Below, in pieces: positions 48,913-58,436 of a stretch of 64,000 nucleotides of DNA. Under the pieces are notes generated by a model. That model was given only the letters and a program-made list of their open reading frames with translations. It made no database searches and was not told the origin of the DNA. The DNA comes from Candidatus Freyarchaeum deiterrae (GTDB lineage Archaea; Asgardarchaeota; Jordiarchaeia; Jordiarchaeales; Jordiarchaeaceae). Numbering within the stretch: position 1 is the stretch's first letter; each line of letters starts with the position of its first letter. Made by a program: the position numbers and the translations under genes. The stretch spans positions 2,048,001 through 2,112,000 of the forward strand of contig CP147778.1 of the NCBI GenBank assembly GCA_037305845.1. Reading direction: 5' to 3'.

Positions 48913-49788
48913 TTACGCGGCTTGCTCAATCGTTTTTAAAACTTCTTCCAAATCTTTTTTTATTCCAAACTGCCTTTCAAAAAAGTGGAGAATATTAAAA
49001 ATATCTCTCCGCAGATTCTCTGAAGCGTTTATACTATTTGATTTTACCCACTGGGGCCAATCTATTAAAACTATATGAAGATCGGGTTTAACGATGACGT
49101 TATGTTCGCTAAGATCGGAATGCACTACACCAATCTTATACGCCTGCTTTACATTATCCAGAATTTCATTGAGCACCCGGAACGAATAAGGTAATTTTCT
49201 GACTAGAATGAGTTCATCGCCCTCCACAAAATCCATAACAACAACATGTCGATTATGACCCTTTGGTCTGGGTACGCTAATCCCCGCTTCGAAAAGAATT
49301 TTGAGCGCCTCATACTCTTTTTCAGCTGAAATCCTACTGGCATTAAACCATGAATGAATTTTATTACGGGTATAACTGCGTGTTCTACGTATTTGTCTGA
49401 AGCTGGTTAAACCAAGTCTATGAATTTTAATTATAACTCTTTCTTTGGATGGGGTTAAGCCATCGTAAACATCCGATTCTTTTCCAACACCTATTTGGTG
49501 GCCGAATGCTTCAATAATGTTTGAAGAAACAAGTGAACCGAGAGCTAAACAATCATATCCCGGAATTGTTAATCTATAACCAATGTAAGAAACAGACCAT
49601 CGAACGAAAAGATTCAGCTTGTGAAGATGATCCAGTCTATTAATAACTTCATCCGAACGCCTGTTATAAACTTTCAAAATGTAATCAAGGGGAACATGCT
49701 CATATTTCCCCATCCCTTTTTCTACAATTGACAGGATTCTAAAATCTTCAGCCTCTAACTGCTTGAAAGAATTGATTGTTTTTTCCAT
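48913..49788 (-). CDS. rio2: RIO2-type serine/threonine kinase
   Basis: N-terminal winged helix, IGVGKESDVY, KIHRLGLTSF, HSDLSEHNV and IDWPQ motifs. Confidence 0.92.
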   Translation of the reverse strand: MEKTINSFKQLEAEDFRILSIVEKGMGKYEHVPLDYILKVYNRRSDEVINRLDHLHKLNLFVRWSVSYIGYRLTIPGYDCLALGSLVSSNIIEAFGHQIGVGKESDVYDGLTPSKERVIIKIHRLGLTSFRQIRRTRSYTRNKIHSWFNASRISAEKEYEALKILFEAGISVPRPKGHNRHVVVMDFVEGDELILVRKLPYSFRVLNEILDNVKQAYKIGVVHSDLSEHNVIVKPDLHIVLIDWPQWVKSNSINASENLRRDIFNILHFFERQFGIKKDLEEVLKTIEQAA

Positions 49789-50286
49789 TTGTAACACCGA
49801 AAGGATGTTAAAAGGCTTGAAGCTCATTAAAAAGTAATACATCAACTACTTTAAATTATTTTTATCATTTCAAAGGCACGTTTTTCCAAATCTATCGGCA
49901 TATTAAACATTGTTTGAGGATATTTGCTTGGATATGATATAAATCTATTTGAGAAAGTTTAGTAAAATATATGAAAACCCACAAATCCATTAAAAATTTG
50001 GAAGGGCGCCGGAGCAGTTGTTATTCTTATGTGATTTTTTAATATTTAACTTAAAAAAAAGCAAGTGCAGGATTTTTTTCTGAATCCACTCTGGTTCTAC
50101 AGGATCTTTTATGTGTGATCGTGGACACATGGTTTATGTTCAATTAAACTAAGCATTTCTGAATATATGTCAACTTGGTACTGGATTTTAAATACAAAAA
50201 CATAATTTATCATAACTTTTATGAACAAATCACAATAAGATTTATATTCTGTTAAAGTAATTTGTATAAAAAAAAGAGGTTGAACT

Positions 50287-51753
50287 ATGCCAAAAGCTAA
50301 TATCAGATCCAGTGAGGATTTGAATAGAAAAATTTTAGAGACGATAAAGGAAGATCAAGTTAGATGGATAGATCTACAATTTCTGGATGTACCCGGCTTT
50401 CTTCAACACATCACGGTGCCTTCGCACACGTTAGATGAGGCGAGTTTCATCGATGGCATAGGTAAGCTAGACGGTTCCTCGATTAAAGGCTTCAAGGAAA
50501 TCTACGAGTCTGACATGCTTCTGATACCGGACTCAAGCACTTTTGCAATGATTCCATGGACGCAACAGAAAACTGCAAGAATGTTCACAGACCTGAGAGA
50601 AGCGTACGGCGGCCCAAGATTCTCAAGAGACCCACGCTACATCGCGCAGCAAGCAGAAGAGGCGGTCAAAAAAGCAGGATTTGATGTTTCCTATTGGGGA
50701 CCCGAGGCGGAGTACTTTGTATTCGACTCGGTGAAACTGCTTCCGAGCTATCTGTCTGCAAGAGATTCATGGGCTGGTACAGGTTACGCCATCGAATCTA
50801 AGGAAGCAATCTGGTCACAGGGTGGCATAAATTTTCCCATAAGAAATAAAGAGGGTTACTACCCTGCACCGCCTGAGGATACGCTTCAAGATTACCGTTC
50901 AGAAGTATGTTCGATTTTGGAAGATAACTTTGGTATATCTCTTGATGCTCATCACCATGAGGTAGCCACTGCTGGGCAAATAGAAATCGACATGGAATAC
51001 GATGAACTGTTGAAAATGGCAGACAATCTGGTTTCCTACAAATTTGTTGCAAAGAATGTTGCCTATATGAGAAAGATGATAGCTACATTTATGCCAAAGC
51101 CAATTTTTGGAGACAACGCAAGCGGAATGCACGTACATCAGAGCTTGTGGAAGGGTGGAAAAAACGTATTTTTCGACCCAGACGATGATTACGCAGAAAT
51201 AAGTCAAGTTTGCAGGTATTACGCAGGCGGCTTAATGGAACACAGTAGAGCTTTGGCAGCTATTGTTGCGCCAACGACAAATTCCTACAAGCGATTGGTG
51301 CCAGGATATGAGGCGCCGGTCTATGTTGCTTGGTCAAAGAGAAACCGCTCTGCCAATGTAAGAGTGCCTGTGTACCATAAGGGTGGCGAGTATGCAATGA
51401 AAACCAAGCGTGTTGAATTCCGTCCTCCTGACACAAGCTGCAATCCATACTACGCCTTTGGTGCAATGTTAGCCGCTGGTCTGGATGGTATAAAAAAGAA
51501 AACCGACCCTGGCGATCCAACGGATGAAAACATTTATCACCTAACCCCGAGTAAAAGGAAAGAGTTAGGCATAAAAGAGCTTCCTGGTTCGCTGAAAGAG
51601 GCGTTAGAAGAACTCAGCGGTGACAGAGAGTTTCTGGAGCCGATATTCCCAAGCGATTTAATAGATACTTGGATTGAGTTAAAGATGGAAGAGTATACGC
51701 AGAATTCAATCAGACCAACGCCATATGAATTCTACAGGTACTTTGATATTTAA
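50287..51753 (+). CDS. glnA: Glutamine synthetase type I (second copy, beta-like insertion)
   Basis: LDGSSIKGF, GPEAEYF, HHHEVATAGQ, FMPKP..DNASGMH, SYKRLVPGYEAP, NRSANVRVP, EFRPPD and ENIYHL motifs. Confidence 0.95.
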   Translation: MPKANIRSSEDLNRKILETIKEDQVRWIDLQFLDVPGFLQHITVPSHTLDEASFIDGIGKLDGSSIKGFKEIYESDMLLIPDSSTFAMIPWTQQKTARMFTDLREAYGGPRFSRDPRYIAQQAEEAVKKAGFDVSYWGPEAEYFVFDSVKLLPSYLSARDSWAGTGYAIESKEAIWSQGGINFPIRNKEGYYPAPPEDTLQDYRSEVCSILEDNFGISLDAHHHEVATAGQIEIDMEYDELLKMADNLVSYKFVAKNVAYMRKMIATFMPKPIFGDNASGMHVHQSLWKGGKNVFFDPDDDYAEISQVCRYYAGGLMEHSRALAAIVAPTTNSYKRLVPGYEAPVYVAWSKRNRSANVRVPVYHKGGEYAMKTKRVEFRPPDTSCNPYYAFGAMLAAGLDGIKKKTDPGDPTDENIYHLTPSKRKELGIKELPGSLKEALEELSGDREFLEPIFPSDLIDTWIELKMEEYTQNSIRPTPYEFYRYFDI

Positions 51754-52113
51754 AAGAGAACGGTGAAAAATAGGGTCTACAAAGTTACAAGTGACGAAGA
51801 ATAAGTTTATGTTTCCAGAGAAAGGGTACTCGATGGTATAAACGTTTTGGGATTAGCCTTTTAGAGAGCTGTATGTCTTTTTCCTCTCCATCCTTTCTTT
51901 ATTTGAACTCATTGCAGTTTGTCCTGATACTATTTGAGAAGGCTTAACTTTGGCGGGCGTTCCTTTATTTCCTATGGTAACTCTGTTACAAAGAAATGAG
52001 GTAGCTACTAAAAATCAGAATAGAAAAACCGCAAGCTTTTTTAGTTTCTTTTGTTTTTGTTTTCGAAATCCGCGGAAAAATATGCTTCGTCTGTAATTTT
52101 TATAGGTGGTTTA

Positions 52114-53409
52114 ATGAAGTTTGCATTGTTTTTGGGATGTTTGATTCCTTTCAGGCTTCCTTCATTAGAAAGCACTGCTAGAAAAGTGTTAAACCGATTA
52201 GGTGTGGAACTGGAGGACATATCGGAATTCTCCTGCTGTCCGAACACTATAGCAGTGGAGGCTGTGAATGATGAATATTGGTACTTTCTAGCAGCCAGAA
52301 ATCTTGCACTGGCGGAAATGAGGGGGCTTGATATTCTGTGTCTCTGCAGTGGTTGTTCTGAGAGCCTTAAGAAGGCAAACTTTGAGTTGAAAAAGAATCC
52401 TGCTTTAAGGGAGAGAGTAAACTCTAAACTGTCAGAGATAGGTTTAAAGTACAATGGGACAGTTGAAGTAAAACATTATGTGGAAACCTTAATCGAAATG
52501 GGGTTAGACACTATAAGAGAGAAAATTGTTTATCCCTTACGAGGTTTGAAGGTGGCTTGCCATTATGGTTGTCATCTTCTTAGACCCAGCGAAGTAATTC
52601 TCTTTGATAATCCGTTGAACCCAGTATCTCTGGATAAGTTAGTTCAAGTTCTGGGAGCGGATACAGTTGACTATGAAAATAAAATGCTTTGCTGCGGTAG
52701 CGGTCTTAGTTTAGTGGAATCAAAAGAGGCGCTACAGTTATCTAAGAAGAAACTGGACGAGGTCAAGAAAAAGGCTGACTGCTTGGTTGTTGTTTGTCCT
52801 TCATGTTTCCAACAGTATGATGCGGCTCAGAAGCTGATGGTAGAAAAGCCCAATGTTCCAGTATTCTATTACCTAGAATTACTGGGACTAGCGCTGGGGA
52901 TGGAGCCCGAAAGCTTAGGGCTATCCACTCACAAAATAAGTGTTTCAGACCTGGTAAATAGAATTAATGAACGTGTAGAACCATTAAAGGATTTGTCCGA
53001 AATTTTTGATCTAAACGTACTCAAAAACTGTGCCAGATGCGGCGCTTGTTCTTCTAGTTGCCCGGTCGCTGATGAGAACTTCAACCCTCATCAGATAATT
53101 AAAATGTTGATGGAGGGAAAGATGAAAGAAGTTTTGGATGCAGGAGAATTCTGGCGCTGCACCGATTGTTATACTTGTCACGAGCTTTGCCCCCAAAATA
53201 TGGGACTTGTAGAAATTTTCTCAAAATTAAAAAGTATAGTCTCGGAAAAAAAGCTCATTCCAGAAGATATAAAAAACCAGGTAGCCAATGTTCTGAACAA
53301 TGGTTTTGCTATCCCACCATCACAAGCGCTAAGAAAACGTTTTGATCTTCCCGAACCGCCCAAGCCGAACATAGAAAAGATCAAGAAGTTGGTAAAAAGC
53401 GATGTCTAA
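52114..53409 (+). CDS. Heterodisulfide reductase subunit B-subunit C fusion (HdrB-HdrC)
   Basis: HdrB part: LFLGCLIP, FSCCP, CLCSGC, CHYGCHLLRP, LCCGSG, VCPSCFQQYD. HdrC part: CARCGACSSSCP and WRCTDCYTCHELCPQ. GGTGG SD before ATG 52114. Confidence 0.88.
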   Translation: MKFALFLGCLIPFRLPSLESTARKVLNRLGVELEDISEFSCCPNTIAVEAVNDEYWYFLAARNLALAEMRGLDILCLCSGCSESLKKANFELKKNPALRERVNSKLSEIGLKYNGTVEVKHYVETLIEMGLDTIREKIVYPLRGLKVACHYGCHLLRPSEVILFDNPLNPVSLDKLVQVLGADTVDYENKMLCCGSGLSLVESKEALQLSKKKLDEVKKKADCLVVVCPSCFQQYDAAQKLMVEKPNVPVFYYLELLGLALGMEPESLGLSTHKISVSDLVNRINERVEPLKDLSEIFDLNVLKNCARCGACSSSCPVADENFNPHQIIKMLMEGKMKEVLDAGEFWRCTDCYTCHELCPQNMGLVEIFSKLKSIVSEKKLIPEDIKNQVANVLNNGFAIPPSQALRKRFDLPEPPKPNIEKIKKLVKSDV

Positions 53410-54463
53410 AGTAATAGATGGATGTGGTATAAGTGGAATTATCAGTACGAAGAAAAATCTGATTCCCGGAAGTGAAATAGTTACTTCCATAGATTCAATG
53501 AACTTTAGATATAATGGGCTGGGCGGAGGATTTGCGGGTTACGGCATTTACCCAGATTACAAGGATTATTACGCATTTCACATGAATTTTGAGAATCAGG
53601 AAGCAAAAAATAAAGCAGAAAACTTCTTTTACGAGAGTTTGAGCGTTATAGACGATGAAGAGATACCGATAAGAAAATCTGAACTCATAGACGACACCAA
53701 ATCTATAAGCTGGCGTTATTTCGTAGGACCCCCAAAAGACATGGAAAATATTGATGACTACATCGTTAAGGTTGTTATGCACGTAAATGAGAATATTCCA
53801 GGAGCCCACGTTTTTTCGAGTGGAAAAAATATGGGTGTTTTCAAGGCGGTAGGCTACCCTAAAGCGGTAGCGGATTATTTCCGAATAGAAGATTATTCCG
53901 CGTACATTTGGACAGCTCACGGAAGATACCCAACCAACACCCCCGGATGGTGGGGTGGAGCTCACCCCTTTAACATACTAGACTGGTCAGTGGTTCACAA
54001 CGGAGAGCTTAGTTCTTATGGTACTAATAAGAATTTCTTGGAAATGTGGGGATACAAGTGCACCTTGCTCACTGACACCGAGGTTTTAGCATACTTATTT
54101 GATCTGCTAGTGAGAAGACATAAGATCCCTGTAGAACTTGCATGTAATGTTCTGACTCCCAAGTTTTGGAGCGAGCTTAAAACTGATGATAGTTTGAAAG
54201 GGAAGGCTCTTAAGGCATTAAGAATGACCTATGGAGGAGCAATTGTTAATGGACCATTCAGCATAATTGTGGCAACTAACAATTTCATGTTTGGATTAAC
54301 GGATAGGGTTAAGCTCCGCCCATTAATAGCCGCGAGAAAGGATGATCGCCTCTACCTTGCGAGTGAAGAGTGCGCTATAAGAAGCGTTTGCGAAAACCCA
54401 GACCTTGTTTGGGCTCCTAGGGGCGGAGAACAAGTGATTGCATATATACAAGAGGTGACCTAA
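53402..54463 (+). CDS. Glutamate synthase, glutamine amidotransferase domain subunit (GltB1)
   Basis: CGISG, RYNGLGGG, SSGKNMGVFK, AHGRYPTNTPGWWGGAHPF, VHNGEL, TDTEV and DRVKLRP motifs. Confidence 0.92.
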   Translation: MSKVIDGCGISGIISTKKNLIPGSEIVTSIDSMNFRYNGLGGGFAGYGIYPDYKDYYAFHMNFENQEAKNKAENFFYESLSVIDDEEIPIRKSELIDDTKSISWRYFVGPPKDMENIDDYIVKVVMHVNENIPGAHVFSSGKNMGVFKAVGYPKAVADYFRIEDYSAYIWTAHGRYPTNTPGWWGGAHPFNILDWSVVHNGELSSYGTNKNFLEMWGYKCTLLTDTEVLAYLFDLLVRRHKIPVELACNVLTPKFWSELKTDDSLKGKALKALRMTYGGAIVNGPFSIIVATNNFMFGLTDRVKLRPLIAARKDDRLYLASEECAIRSVCENPDLVWAPRGGEQVIAYIQEVT

Positions 54464-55956
54464 TGTTTCCCCCTCAATTTAGCGTGGTAATCGATAGTGA
54501 CAAGTGTGAAAAGTGCAAGAGATGCACAATAAATTGTTCTTTTGAAGCCCTATCCTACGATGAGGAGGAGGATAGAATAGTTGCTAAAGACCAAAAATGT
54601 GTTGCATGCTTAAGATGCGCCAGTAAATGTCCCAATGGTGCCATAACGATTAAGAAAAACGAAATCACTTTCTCTCCACATCCAACTTGGACTCCTGAAA
54701 TAAGATCAGACATAATTAAACAAGCTGAAACTGGTGGCATGATAATCGCAGGCATGGGAAACGATGTGAACTATCCCTGCTTGTTTGACCAAATAGTTAT
54801 CGATGCCTGCCAGGTAACAAACCCTTCTATAGATCCCTTAAGGGAACCGATAGAAGTCGACACCTATCTTGGTAAAAAATCCAAACAATTAAAAATCAAC
54901 GAAGATTTCAGTTTGGAAACTCAAATAACGCCCAACATTATGATTAATACCCCTATAATCATAGGTCATGTATCATATGGTGCAATCAGCCTCAACGCCC
55001 ACAAAGCCTTAGCCATGGCGGCAAGTAAAGTGGGAACCCTAATGGGATCCGGCGAAGGGGGATTACACCCCGACCTCTATGAATTCGGAGACCATATAAT
55101 CGTACAGGTGGCTTCGGGACGCTTCGGGGTTTATTCCAAGTATTTAGATGTTGGCGCCGCCGTAGAAATTAAAATAGGGCAGGGTGCAAAACCCGGGATA
55201 GGAGGCCATTTACCAGGAGAGAAGGTTACTGAAGACATTGCGGAAACTAGAATGATACCGATTCACACAGACGCCCTGTCGCCAGCTCCCCATCACGATA
55301 TTTACTCAATAGAAGATTTGTCTCAGCTAATCTACGCCCTTAAAGAAGAAACCGATTACACGAAACCAGTTTTCGTTAAGATAGCGGCGGTTCACAACAG
55401 CGCAGCCATTGCCAGCGGAATCGCCCGGGCTGGTGCAGACGCAATAACGATTGACGGTTTCAGAGGGGGAACTGGAGCTGCTCCTCAAATAGTTAGAAAC
55501 CATTTGGGTATACCTATAGAGGTCGCTCTTGCTAGTGTGGACAAGAGGTTGCGAGACGAGGGAATAAGAAACGAGGTCTCACTCATTGCCAGCGGAAGCA
55601 TCAGATTTGCTGCAGATGTTGTCAAGGCCATAGCTCTCGGAGCTGACGCTGTAGCAATAGTCACGCCAACCCTCATAGCAATGGGTTGCACGGTGTGTCA
55701 ACAATGTTATAGAGGGACATGCGCCTGGGGAATATGTACAACCAGACCAGATCTGGCTAGGAGACTTGATCCAGAAGTCGCTTCCAGAAGAGTTTACAAC
55801 TTGTTCAGCGCTTGGACCATGGAGATTAAGGAAGTCTTAGGAGCCTTGGGAATGAATGCGATTGAAAGCCTCAGATACAACAGAGAACGTTTGAGAGGAA
55901 TCGGAATAGACCAAAAGACCCTAGAAATCTTGGGAATTAAAGCGGCGGGTGAGTAA
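54463..55956 (+). CDS. Glutamate synthase, FMN-binding subunit with N-terminal 2x[4Fe-4S] (GltB2)
   Basis: Two CxxCxxCxxxC motifs, SYGAIS, GEGG, QVASGRFGV, EIKIGQGAKPGIGGHLPGEKV, SPAPHHDIYSIEDL and GCTVCQQC motifs. Confidence 0.94.
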   Translation: MFPPQFSVVIDSDKCEKCKRCTINCSFEALSYDEEEDRIVAKDQKCVACLRCASKCPNGAITIKKNEITFSPHPTWTPEIRSDIIKQAETGGMIIAGMGNDVNYPCLFDQIVIDACQVTNPSIDPLREPIEVDTYLGKKSKQLKINEDFSLETQITPNIMINTPIIIGHVSYGAISLNAHKALAMAASKVGTLMGSGEGGLHPDLYEFGDHIIVQVASGRFGVYSKYLDVGAAVEIKIGQGAKPGIGGHLPGEKVTEDIAETRMIPIHTDALSPAPHHDIYSIEDLSQLIYALKEETDYTKPVFVKIAAVHNSAAIASGIARAGADAITIDGFRGGTGAAPQIVRNHLGIPIEVALASVDKRLRDEGIRNEVSLIASGSIRFAADVVKAIALGADAVAIVTPTLIAMGCTVCQQCYRGTCAWGICTTRPDLARRLDPEVASRRVYNLFSAWTMEIKEVLGALGMNAIESLRYNRERLRGIGIDQKTLEILGIKAAGE

Positions 55957-56692
55957 AATGCAAATAGACGCTAAGGGACTTAACTATAAAGAGTTAAACA
56001 AGAAATTAAAAGAGATTGTACTAAAAGACGACACCAAAGAGATAGAAATAGTAAATGTTAACGGACACCGCTACATAGGAACTGGACTGGAAAATAGTAA
56101 CGTAATTATCAGGTTGCATGGTATTCCCGGGAACGATTTGGCCGCCTTCATGAACGGCGCCTCCATATTTGTTTACGGAAATGCTGAAGACGGTGTGGGA
56201 AACACCATGAACGCGGGATTAGTGGTCATCCACGGAGACGCAAGAGATGTAGTAGGTTACTCCATGAGAGAAGGAAAAATTTTTATTAAAGGAAATGTCG
56301 GCTACCGGGCAGGTATCCATATGAAAGCCTATAAGAACCGTTTTCCAAGCATAGTGGTTGGGGGAAAAGCTGAAGATTTTCTTGGGGAATACATGGCTGG
56401 CGGAATAATAGTTATTCTGAACCGTAATAACGAGGAATACCCCGTGGGAAAATTCACTGCAACCGGTATACATGGGGGAACGATATTCGTTAGAGGTAAA
56501 GTTTCAGAAGAAACTTTGGGGATTGGTGCCGAAATAGATGTTCCCAACGAGGAAGACCTAAAACTTCTGAATGAATTAATTTCTGAATTTTCCTTTTATT
56601 TCCAAGTTAGCGAAGATTTAGCAGGTTCAGAATTTACCAAAATTCACTCGAAAAGTCACCGCCCATTTGGAAAACTTTACATCTTGGAGTAG
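55949..56692 (+). CDS. Glutamate synthase, GXGXG domain subunit (GltB3)
   Basis: NVNGHRYIG, GIPGNDL, GNTMNAG, GYRAGIHMK and GEYMAGG motifs. Confidence 0.92.
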   Translation: MSKMQIDAKGLNYKELNKKLKEIVLKDDTKEIEIVNVNGHRYIGTGLENSNVIIRLHGIPGNDLAAFMNGASIFVYGNAEDGVGNTMNAGLVVIHGDARDVVGYSMREGKIFIKGNVGYRAGIHMKAYKNRFPSIVVGGKAEDFLGEYMAGGIIVILNRNNEEYPVGKFTATGIHGGTIFVRGKVSEETLGIGAEIDVPNEEDLKLLNELISEFSFYFQVSEDLAGSEFTKIHSKSHRPFGKLYILE

Positions 56693-56781
56693 TTTTCTAA
56701 AACAAATAATGCGACAATTAAACAAGAATAAAAAATAAATTAGGTATTCCTTCGAAAATCACCGTTGTTGGGAGGGCTTTT

Positions 56782-57033
56782 TTATTTTTGAATCTTTCTG
56801 GGAAAAATTGTATCCATGCATAAGTAGCATTTAATATGTTTCACGCTTGGCAGAGTACGTGTTTTAGCAAGCCATTCATATGCTGAATTATATTCAGGAA
56901 GACTCACAATAGTTACTAGATCATGTTCTCCCGCAATCACGTAAATATCTCTAACTGCCTCGTCGCCCTCTAAAGTTTCTAAAATCTCTTTTTCTGCTCC
57001 AGGGGCTATGTCAAAAATCATAAATGCCAACAT
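56782..57033 (-). CDS. Stand-alone Lrp/AsnC ligand-binding domain protein
   Basis: 83 aa, IYVIAGEHDLV pattern, no HTH; GGAG SD. Confidence 0.8.
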   Translation of the reverse strand: MLAFMIFDIAPGAEKEILETLEGDEAVRDIYVIAGEHDLVTIVSLPEYNSAYEWLAKTRTLPSVKHIKCYLCMDTIFPRKIQK

Positions 57034-57049
57034 TTCTCCTCATCACCCT

Positions 57050-57304
57050 CTACTCATTTATCAAAGCTGATTTCCAAACTTTAACCACTGGCAGGGTTTT
57101 GGTTTTCACTATTTCTCGGAGCTTTCTTATATTCATAACAACATCGTAAATTCTCTTGAGACTATCAGCAGCAATAACTGCAATAATATCATGATCTCCT
57201 GTAACCAAATGGGACTCCTTTACTTCCGGCGCGGCGTGAATCTTCTCGAAAACCGCTTCCTCAGTTCCGGGTATAATATCTAATTCCAGCAAAAGAAAAT
57301 ACAT
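57050..57304 (-). CDS. Stand-alone Lrp/AsnC ligand-binding domain protein
   Basis: 84 aa, HLVTGDHDII and IRKLREIVKTKTL patterns; GAGGAG SD. Confidence 0.83.
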   Translation of the reverse strand: MYFLLLELDIIPGTEEAVFEKIHAAPEVKESHLVTGDHDIIAVIAADSLKRIYDVVMNIRKLREIVKTKTLPVVKVWKSALINE

Positions 57305-57401
57305 CTAAATCTCCTCAAGAAATGATATATTTCATAAACAATATTCCATTTAATATGCATTTCTAAAGAATTTTTTAAAAGAAGGAACCTAAAATAGAGT
57401 T

Positions 57402-58202
57402 CTAAGCAATCGTGGTTTTCAAGTATCTGGGATTACGCATTAATCCAATCTCCTCAATATCCGGTTTAATCTTCAGCTTCCCATTCTCCATTTCACTCAA
57501 AATGTTTAAAACACGCTTTTCAATATCACCCTGAAACCCTATAGTAGTCGCAAACAGTATAAGAGTCCTGATAAAGGCATCGTTCCCGAATAGTGTTGGT
57601 TCACTTATGATTATTTCACATTTTCCACCAATATTGGCTACTTTGGTGTTGATTGCCGCGACTTGCTTATTCTTTTCTGCGCTAAAAACCTTGTAATCCG
57701 AGCCTATAGCTATCCTTTCCCCAATAATTTTGTAAGCATCAGCAACTCCGTTGTCCTCATTATACATACTCAAAGCGTAGGTATCAGTTTTAATCATCCC
57801 TCGATAAACCTTCTCCACAGTATGAACAAGCTTATCAAGATCCAATATTACCGCAAATACAGGGAGCGGGTCGCCTGTACCAAAAGATTTAGCGACCGAT
57901 CTTCCAACCAGTTCCTCAATGCTTCCCCACCATGAAAAATTCCCCGCTGACTCTGAAAAAGCTTTTATCACAAGTCTCTGACCAAAAACACTTTTCCCTC
58001 CAATACTAAGCTCTTCCTCATCCCAAATAGATTTTCTATACCCTATTACACCAAATTTATCCTTTTCCTTCTTCATTTCTCCAAAAAGATCCATGTCCGC
58101 GTCGAATTGACGGCTTTGGCTCATAAGGACTTCTCTCTGTCGAATCCCAACTTTTTCCCCGTGAAGCGACGAGGCCCAGTAGTCAATTTCATATTTTACC
58201 AA
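57402..58202 (-). CDS. Hypothetical protein (possible tubby/LURP-one-like beta-barrel)
   Basis: 266-aa ORF with GGAGG SD; alternating beta-strand pattern ending in a hydrophobic helix (DAFIRTLILFATTIG). Confidence 0.7.
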   Translation of the reverse strand: MVKYEIDYWASSLHGEKVGIRQREVLMSQSRQFDADMDLFGEMKKEKDKFGVIGYRKSIWDEEELSIGGKSVFGQRLVIKAFSESAGNFSWWGSIEELVGRSVAKSFGTGDPLPVFAVILDLDKLVHTVEKVYRGMIKTDTYALSMYNEDNGVADAYKIIGERIAIGSDYKVFSAEKNKQVAAINTKVANIGGKCEIIISEPTLFGNDAFIRTLILFATTIGFQGDIEKRVLNILSEMENGKLKIKPDIEEIGLMRNPRYLKTTIA

Positions 58203-58436
58203 TTTTTAATTTTCCTCCATCGATTCTTATTCTCACAACTATCGCACCAGAAATCGATTTCATAGTCTACTGTTTTCGAAATTATTTTTAACCAAACAAA
58301 AATTAATATTGCTTAATAATAATAGAACAAAACCAATTTATAAAACGTTTCGACTGCAATTAAAAACTACGTTAATTGTCTTAAATATTTTAGAAGTGAA
58401 GGTTGGTTATCTAATCTATGATATGTTTGGAGGGTT

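Noticed and set aside
52114-53409. Selenocysteine recoding in Hdr-like or other redox genes
   Set aside because: The ORFs are full length with Cys at motif positions; no in-frame TGA is needed.
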